A stretch of 44,653 bases of DNA. Origin: Clostridia bacterium (GTDB lineage Bacteria; Bacillota; Clostridia; Christensenellales; DTU072). The stretch covers positions 1 through 44,653 of the forward strand of contig JAQVQU010000004.1 of the NCBI GenBank assembly GCA_028701415.1. Reading direction: 5' to 3'. Under the pieces are notes generated by a model that had not been told where the DNA came from, did not search any database, and was given only the letters and a program-made list of their open reading frames with translations. Below are positions 38,979 through 44,653 of this stretch, in pieces. Position 1 is the first letter of the stretch; every line of letters starts with the position of its first letter. The translations under genes and the position numbers were made by a program.

Positions 38979-40751
38979 ATGGATTTTTCAGAAAAGTGGT
39001 TTCAGGATTTAAAAGAAAAAATAGATATTGTAAGCATCATTCAGGAATTTGTTCCTTTGCAAAAGAAAGGAACAAAATTTTGGGCTTGCTGTCCTTTTCA
39101 CAGTGAAAATACCCCATCATTCACGGTTAATCAGGAAAATAAATATTATCATTGCTTTGGTTGTGGTAAAACTGGGGATGCAATAAATTTTTTGCAAGAG
39201 TACCAAAAAATGACTTTTAATGAAGCAGTTGAGTGGATTGCTAAAAAAATAGGCTTTAAAATTCCTATAGGGGCAGAAAGTAAAGATGTAAAAATGAAAA
39301 GAGAATTAAAAGCTAAAATTTTGGATGTTAATAGATTGGCTGCGGAATACTATTTTTCAAATTTTCAAAAATCTCAAGCAAGTGTTGCTCTTGAATATCT
39401 TAGAAAAAGGGAATTATCAGATGAAACAATTGTTAAGTTTGGGATTGGGTTTTCTTCAGATGATTTAGGAATTGTTAAATATTTAAGAGGAAAGGGATAT
39501 TCTGACAAAACAATAATGGATGCAGGGTTAATGAACTCAAATGGAATTGATTTTTTTTCAAGAAGAATAATAATACCGATTATTGACAAACAAGGAGATA
39601 TTTTAGGCTTTGGTGGCCGAGCAATTTTTGAAAACGATAAACCTAAATATAAAAATACGCCTCAATCAGTTTTATTTGATAAGAGCAATATCCTTTTTGG
39701 GTTAAACCTAATATCGAAATATAGAAAAGAGAGATTTGACATTAATTCATTAATTTTAGTCGAAGGTTATATGGATGTAATTAGTTTGAACCAGGCTGGA
39801 ATTATTAACGTTATAGCTTCTATGGGAACATCTTTAACTAAGCAACAGTGTGAAAAAATTAAAACTCTTGTCAACAATGTATACGTTTGCTTTGATGGTG
39901 ATTCTGCTGGACAAATAGCCACTTGGCGATCTTTGGACATTTTAACTTTAGCAGGTGTTGAGGTAAAGGTTATTACGATCCCTGACAAAATGGACCCTGA
40001 TGATTATGTAAAAATGTTTGGAAAGGAGGGATTTGAACAACTGACAATGAAGGCATTGCCACTAAATGAATATAAAATTACTACAATACAAAAACAATCT
40101 GATACTAATTCCTATGAAGGACGCGTTAAGTTTGTTAATCGATGCATTATGGCATTAAATACAAGCGATAAGGTCGTGCAGAGTTTATATTCAGAAATGA
40201 TAGCAAATATAGCTGGTATTGATAAAAATATCGTATTTGAAAAACTTGAAAACTATAAAAATGAGAAAGATGAGAATAAAGAAAATTCAGACAACAAAAA
40301 AGCTTTTGACAATGAGAAGAAAACAACTGTTAACGAACTTATCCTATCAGCTAGGGTCTTATTAGCTGGTTGTTTTTTAGATATAAGTCGTTTTGATTAT
40401 AGTTCAATTATAGATGGTCTCTTTCAGACCCTTATTCACAAGAGAATTTGGGAGTATTGCCATGAAAAAATTCAAAACAATGATAAGCCGATAATAGGGA
40501 CTCTAATGTCAGATGATAATTATGACCTAAAAGAAGAGATAATAGAAATTGAAACAGTGATGCAGTATCTAGATTCACACGTTGATCCTGTGAGCGTTTT
40601 TAACTATAGTCTTAACTATTTAGAAAAATATTTTTTGGATAAAGAAAGGAAAGATATTATCGATAGAATAATGGTTGAAAAAGATCCTCAAAAACAGAAA
40701 GAGCTTAATATTAGATTAAATAAAATAAAAGATGCTATAAAAAGGAGATAA
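38979..40751 (+). CDS. dnaG: DNA primase
   Basis: Zinc-binding domain [41 protein letters not shown] motifs VEGYMDVIS and DGDSAGQ. The dnaG-sigA order is conserved. Confidence 0.95.
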   Translation: MDFSEKWFQDLKEKIDIVSIIQEFVPLQKKGTKFWACCPFHSENTPSFTVNQENKYYHCFGCGKTGDAINFLQEYQKMTFNEAVEWIAKKIGFKIPIGAESKDVKMKRELKAKILDVNRLAAEYYFSNFQKSQASVALEYLRKRELSDETIVKFGIGFSSDDLGIVKYLRGKGYSDKTIMDAGLMNSNGIDFFSRRIIIPIIDKQGDILGFGGRAIFENDKPKYKNTPQSVLFDKSNILFGLNLISKYRKERFDINSLILVEGYMDVISLNQAGIINVIASMGTSLTKQQCEKIKTLVNNVYVCFDGDSAGQIATWRSLDILTLAGVEVKVITIPDKMDPDDYVKMFGKEGFEQLTMKALPLNEYKITTIQKQSDTNSYEGRVKFVNRCIMALNTSDKVVQSLYSEMIANIAGIDKNIVFEKLENYKNEKDENKENSDNKKAFDNEKKTTVNELILSARVLLAGCFLDISRFDYSSIIDGLFQTLIHKRIWEYCHEKIQNNDKPIIGTLMSDDNYDLKEEIIEIETVMQYLDSHVDPVSVFNYSLNYLEKYFLDKERKDIIDRIMVEKDPQKQKELNIRLNKIKDAIKRR

Positions 40752-40755
40752 AATC

Positions 40756-41817
40756 ATGGAAAGGGATGAGTTAATTAAAGCAACAATAGAGAAAATTGCT
40801 GTTGATTTTTCGGCTAAGTTTTCGGTAAGGGCTGATGAATTAGCCAATAGATTAGATAAATTTGATTTAACTGCGGAAGAGATGACTATTATATATTCGG
40901 AAATGGATAAACTGGGAATAAAAATAATTGAAGTAGAAGATTCGGAGTCTCAAGCTGAGATTTATGAAAAAATTTGTCGTGAAGTAAATGTTGGAGATAG
41001 TGTAAAAATGTATCTAAAAGACATAGGAAGGGTTCCTTTATTGTCTGGAGATGAAGAGAAGGATATAGCACGAAGGGTTGCTGAAGGAGATACTGTAGCA
41101 AAAGAAAGATTGATTGTGGCAAACCTTCGATTGGTAGTTAGCATTGCAAAGAGATATACCGGCAGAGGAATGTCATTTTTAGACTTGATCCAAGAGGGTA
41201 ATCTTGGATTAATGAAGGCTGTGGAAAAATTTGATTGCGAGAAAGGGTTTAAGTTTTCTACCTATGCAACTTGGTGGATTAGACAAGCCATAACAAGATC
41301 TATCGCAGACCAAGCCAGAACCATTAGAATCCCTGTCCATATGGTTGAGACAATTAATAAGCTAACTAAAGTTCAAAGATCATTGTTGCAAAAACTTGGC
41401 AGAGAACCTTCAACTGCAGAAGTCGCAGCGGAAATGGGTATCCCTGAAAGTAAGGTAATAGAGATTCAACAAGTTGCACAAGAACCTGTATCATTGGAAA
41501 CTCCTATTGGCGAAGAGGATGATAGCCATTTGGGAGATTTTATAGAGGATACAAGTGCTATATCCCCGATGGAAGTTGCAGAAACAAATATGTTGAAAGA
41601 AGAATTAAATAAAGTTTTAGATACCTTAAATCCACGTGAAGCAATGGTATTAATTCTTAGATATGGTCTAAGGGACAATAAACCAAGAACACTTGAAGAA
41701 GTGGGAAAAGTTTTTAACGTAACTCGTGAAAGAATTAGACAGATTGAGGCAAAGGCGCTAAGAAGGCTGAAAAACCCAAATAGGTCAAAGAAATTAAGAG
41801 ATTTTTTAGAGAAATAA
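40756..41817 (+). CDS. sigA: Primary RNA polymerase sigma factor (sigma-70/SigA)
   Basis: Region 2 ([36 protein letters not shown] and [12 protein letters not shown]). Region 4.2 ([27 protein letters not shown]). Confidence 0.96.
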   Translation: MERDELIKATIEKIAVDFSAKFSVRADELANRLDKFDLTAEEMTIIYSEMDKLGIKIIEVEDSESQAEIYEKICREVNVGDSVKMYLKDIGRVPLLSGDEEKDIARRVAEGDTVAKERLIVANLRLVVSIAKRYTGRGMSFLDLIQEGNLGLMKAVEKFDCEKGFKFSTYATWWIRQAITRSIADQARTIRIPVHMVETINKLTKVQRSLLQKLGREPSTAEVAAEMGIPESKVIEIQQVAQEPVSLETPIGEEDDSHLGDFIEDTSAISPMEVAETNMLKEELNKVLDTLNPREAMVLILRYGLRDNKPRTLEEVGKVFNVTRERIRQIEAKALRRLKNPNRSKKLRDFLEK

Positions 41818-42581
41818 TGAAGTTAAAAGACATATCAAAAATTATTGAAGACTTTGCCCCAATTTCCTTAGCCGAGAATTATGATAATTGTGGCTTTATT
41901 TACGGCAATCAAAATGATGAGTATATATCCGCGCTTGTATCTCTAGATTTGACCCCAAGTGTAGCTGCGGAAGCAGTTGAAAAGAGATGCAATATTATTA
42001 TAGAACATCATCCTTCAATATTTTCGCCTTTAAAAAATATAGACCTAGATAATCCTGCAATTTTAGCTATGAAAATGTGTATTGACAACAACATCGCAAT
42101 TTATGCTGCGCACACAAATATCGACAATGTGAAAAATGGTCTAAATTATGCTTTTATGAAAAAAATTGAAGTTAATCCTTGTGAATCTCTATATGGTTTT
42201 AATGGGTTTGGTACTCTTTCGAAATCCACCACACTAAAACTTTTTGTAGACAGATTAAATCAAATTTTATGTGATGATACACTTTTTTTTGTAGGAAACC
42301 CACAAAGAATTATTTCAAAAGTATTTTGTGTTAATGGAGCAGGTGGGGATGAAGAAAATCTAAAAAAATCTATTATGGTTGGAGCAGATGTCTTTATCAG
42401 TTCTGAATTTAAACACCATGTTCTTAGGTTTGCAAAAGATTCTGATTATGCTATAATATCAACCAGTCATTTCAGCAGTGAATCTTCCTTTTCTTCATTA
42501 ATATTTGAGGTGTTAAGTGAGGAAAATATACCCAATGTGCTAATTTCTAGAACATGTATAAACCCAATAACAAAGGAGTAA
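41817..42581 (+). CDS. NIF3-family metal-binding protein (YqfO/YbgI-like, short form)
   Basis: 254 aa. NYDNCGF near the N-terminus, then an EHHPSIF and AAHTNID His-motif pattern typical of NIF3. TAATG overlap with sigA. Confidence 0.8.
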   Translation: MKLKDISKIIEDFAPISLAENYDNCGFIYGNQNDEYISALVSLDLTPSVAAEAVEKRCNIIIEHHPSIFSPLKNIDLDNPAILAMKMCIDNNIAIYAAHTNIDNVKNGLNYAFMKKIEVNPCESLYGFNGFGTLSKSTTLKLFVDRLNQILCDDTLFFVGNPQRIISKVFCVNGAGGDEENLKKSIMVGADVFISSEFKHHVLRFAKDSDYAIISTSHFSSESSFSSLIFEVLSEENIPNVLISRTCINPITKE

Positions 42582-42582
42582 T

Positions 42583-43287
42583 ATGAATATTGAACTATTA
42601 AAAAAATACCAAGAATTAGATAAAAATTATTCGGAATTTTCAGAAAAAGTAAAAAATACAGAGCAATATATTAATTATGAAAATAGTTTGAAAGATTTTT
42701 CGAAAAAACAAAAAGAAATACAAGATACAAAAGAAGAAATAAAACGACTTTGTGCAAGTTTACCGGAATGTGAAGAGAAAAAGAATACTATTCAATTAAG
42801 TTTAGATGATATACAATCAAAAGTTTCTCAAGCTTTGACTCTTGATGAAGTAGATAACATTTACAAAAAGATCAAAAAAATTGAGGATGATATTTATGAT
42901 TTGATGAATTATGAAAAATGTTTAAATAAACTTATTTTATGTGAGGATAAGAATAAAGATAATTTTAATCAATTGATTTTTTTGAACAAAGAGTGTAAAT
43001 CTCTTCGAGATGAATTTGGGTCTATATACAATCAATCTAAAGACGTATTCTTAAAACCAATAGAAACTGAAATGAAAAATCTTTGTAGTCAATTAACAAA
43101 AGAAGAGATTGCAACATATGAAAGCCTAAAGAATAGTGTTGAAAAATATCCGTATATAGTTGATTATGATGGAGAATTTTGCGGGGGATGTGGCGAGGAT
43201 ATTTCTTCTGAGGTAACTAAATTTTTTACTTCTAAGGATGTTACTTGTAGATGCCCTCGTTGCCAAAGACTTTTGTATCTTAAATAA
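42583..43287 (+). CDS. Coiled-coil protein with a C-terminal C4 zinc ribbon (COG1579-like, frequent NIF3 partner)
   Basis: About 190 aa rich in Lys, Glu and Leu, with a coiled-coil character. It ends in CGGCGEDIS...CRCPRCQRLLY (CxxC-N18-CxCxxC). It starts 2 nt after the NIF3-like gene. Confidence 0.7.
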   Translation: MNIELLKKYQELDKNYSEFSEKVKNTEQYINYENSLKDFSKKQKEIQDTKEEIKRLCASLPECEEKKNTIQLSLDDIQSKVSQALTLDEVDNIYKKIKKIEDDIYDLMNYEKCLNKLILCEDKNKDNFNQLIFLNKECKSLRDEFGSIYNQSKDVFLKPIETEMKNLCSQLTKEEIATYESLKNSVEKYPYIVDYDGEFCGGCGEDISSEVTKFFTSKDVTCRCPRCQRLLYLK

Positions 43288-43293
43288 GGTGGT

Positions 43294-44478
43294 ATGATGG
43301 CATCAGTAAATAAAAATTATCTTAATTTAAAAGAAAACTATTTATTTTCAGATATCGCTAGAAAAATTAAAAAATATAGCACCGATAATCCCGTGGAAAA
43401 AATAATAAAGATGGGAATTGGGGATGTAACGTTACCTCTTCCGCTTGTTGCAGTTAAAGCAATGCAGGATGCTTCTCAGGAAATGGGCGACAAGAATACT
43501 TTCAGGGGTTATGGAGATGAACAGGGCTATATCTTTCTTCAAAATGCCATCCAAAACTATTATTTTAGCAACTCTAAGGTAAGTATTGATTTGGATGAAA
43601 TATTTATTTCTGATGGTGCAAAAAGTGATATCGGGAATTTTTCAGAGTTGTTTTCTAATGACAATTTAATAGTAATTCCCGATCCAGTATATCCAGTATA
43701 TTTGGATAGTAACATAATGCTAGGAAGAGATATTCGTTTGGTAAATGGAAATAAGGAAAATTTTTTCCTCCCTTTGCCTTCACCTGATTTAAAAGGAGAC
43801 GTTATTTATTTATGCTCTCCCAACAACCCTACGGGCTCTGTATATTCCTATGAACAATTAAAAATATGGGTAGATTATGCTTTAAATAATAATTCAATTA
43901 TTCTTTTTGATAGTGCTTATGAAGCTTTTATTTCTGATAATAGTCTACCTAGATCTATTTTCCAAATTGAAAATGCCAAGAAATGTTGTGTTGAGTTTTG
44001 TTCTTTAAGTAAAACTGCTGGGTTTACCGGAACAAGGTGCGGATATACTATAGTTCCCAAAGAGCTAAGATTAGATGGTCTCTCGATAAATAATATGTGG
44101 CGGAGAAGACAAACAACCAAATATAATGGAACTTCATATATAATACAAAGAGGAGCACAAGCTATTTTTTCCGAGGAAGGAATTGAACAATGCAGGAAGA
44201 ATATAGATTATTATCGTAAAAATGCTATGGTAATTTCTGATACCCTAGATGAAATTGGAATATGGTTTACTGGGGGCATTAATTCACCTTATATTTGGCT
44301 TGAATGTGGACGAGATAGTTGGGATTTTTTTGATTTTTTATTAAAAAAAGCTAATGTAGTAGGAACACCAGGGAGCGGATTTGGTAAATGTGGAGAGGGT
44401 TTCTTTCGTCTTACTGCTTTTAACAGTTACGAAAACACTTGTATTGCAATGGAAAGGATAAAAAAGCTCTTTCAATAG
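43294..44478 (+). CDS. dapL: LL-diaminopimelate aminotransferase (DapL)
   Basis: NYLNLKENYLFSDIARKI...NPVEKIIKMGIGDVTLPLP matches the DapL N-terminal signature. PLP-lysine context SLSKTAGFTGTRCGYT. The start may be the second ATG at 43297, which has better spacing from AAGGTGG. Confidence 0.85.
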   Translation: MMASVNKNYLNLKENYLFSDIARKIKKYSTDNPVEKIIKMGIGDVTLPLPLVAVKAMQDASQEMGDKNTFRGYGDEQGYIFLQNAIQNYYFSNSKVSIDLDEIFISDGAKSDIGNFSELFSNDNLIVIPDPVYPVYLDSNIMLGRDIRLVNGNKENFFLPLPSPDLKGDVIYLCSPNNPTGSVYSYEQLKIWVDYALNNNSIILFDSAYEAFISDNSLPRSIFQIENAKKCCVEFCSLSKTAGFTGTRCGYTIVPKELRLDGLSINNMWRRRQTTKYNGTSYIIQRGAQAIFSEEGIEQCRKNIDYYRKNAMVISDTLDEIGIWFTGGINSPYIWLECGRDSWDFFDFLLKKANVVGTPGSGFGKCGEGFFRLTAFNSYENTCIAMERIKKLFQ

Positions 44479-44542
44479 GGGATAAATTCAACCTTCTTTT
44501 TTTAAGTATTTTTTTAATTTATTTTTCTAATAAATGAAGCAT

Positions 44543-44566
44543 ATTGTTTAATTGTTTCATTGTTTG
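44543..44566 (+). repeat. Three perfect head-to-tail ATTGTTTN octamers
   Basis: ATTGTTTA at 44543-44550, ATTGTTTC at 44551-44558 and ATTGTTTG at 44559-44566, followed by TTTG. The third copy overlaps the -35 of the promoter listed next. Confidence 0.85.
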
Positions 44567-44592
44567 TTTGTGTTATCCGAGTGTGATATAAT
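44564..44592 (+). promoter_or_regulatory. Candidate extended -10 promoter (TTGTTT-17 nt-TGaTATAAT) for the gene starting at 44627
   Basis: TTGTTT at 44564-44569, a 17-nt spacer that ends in the TG at 44584-44585, and a perfect TATAAT at 44587-44592. Confidence 0.5.
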
Positions 44593-44626
44593 TATATTCA
44601 ATATTAAATTGGTCGAAAGGTGAAAA

Positions 44627-44653
44627 ATGAATGATTTTTGGGCGAAGCCGCAT
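44627..44653 (+). CDS. 5' end of an unidentified CDS running off the window (MNDFWAKPH...)
   Basis: ATG at 44627, preceded by AAAGGTG with a 4-nt gap and by the promoter above. Only 9 codons are visible, so no function can be assigned. Confidence 0.35.

Noticed and set aside
603-44120. All other 60-128-aa minus-strand ORFs in the track (for example 603-908, 3491-3838, 6546-6869, 9792-10096, 36362-36748 and 43917-44120).
   Set aside because: Each is embedded antisense in a confidently identified + strand gene. None has a ribosome-binding site or any recognisable motif. Such shadow ORFs are expected in AT-rich genomes.
1-44653. A search by eye for CRISPR repeats, IS or transposase genes, integrases, phage genes, toxin-antitoxin pairs, restriction-modification or other defence genes, and rRNA or tRNA genes.
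   Set aside because: Every ORF of substantial length is accounted for by a housekeeping or transport function. No intergenic gap exceeds about 295 bp. No regularly spaced direct repeats of 24-40 bp were seen. A computational repeat and covariance-model scan is still advisable.

Overview
This is an AT-rich (about one-third G+C by eye, not computed), very gene-dense core chromosomal segment from a Bacillota (Firmicutes)-type bacterium. It uses the standard code: TGA closes several well-conserved genes. I count 40 complete CDS plus 2 edge fragments. 39 of the 40 complete genes are on the + strand. The one exception is a 58-aa rpsU gene on the - strand, which is too short to appear in the supplied ORF track.

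Gene content, in order:
- rnc' (edge fragment), smc, ftsY, ylxM, ffh, rpsP, khpA-like, rimM, trmD, rbgA, rnhB, rplS
- a large lipoprotein-signal/polytopic membrane protein
- topA, trmFO, hslV, hslU, hisS, aspS
- an RseC-like protein, an atypical thioredoxin, glyA, iscS, iscU
- lepA, hemW, hrcA, grpE, dnaK, dnaJ, prmA, rsmE, mtaB, a HIT protein
- a fused MacB-type ABC transporter, rpsU (-), dnaG, sigA, a NIF3-like protein, a COG1579-like zinc-ribbon protein, dapL

The order looks like condensed versions of conserved Bacillus-type syntenic blocks. Many genes are translationally coupled through TAATG or ATGA overlaps, and I found only two clear intrinsic terminators. Recognisable regulatory DNA includes a perfect sigma-A consensus promoter followed by a CIRCE operator upstream of hrcA.

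In about a dozen genes the ORF-track start is too far upstream. I re-called those starts from Shine-Dalgarno spacing and conserved N-termini.

I found no rRNA, tRNA, CRISPR array, transposase, integrase, or recognisable defence or toxin-antitoxin module. I do not see a convincing novel multi-gene system here. The least-understood loci are:
- the jelly-roll-like lipoprotein/GT-C-like membrane protein (10261-12618)
- the RseC-like/CNQC-thioredoxin pair next to a two-gene Fe-S system (21074-24780)
- the orphan 895-aa MacB-type transporter (35772-38459)
- the inverted rpsU with its 295-bp repeat-bearing divergent intergenic region (38460-38978)
- short tandem octamer repeats over a promoter at the right edge
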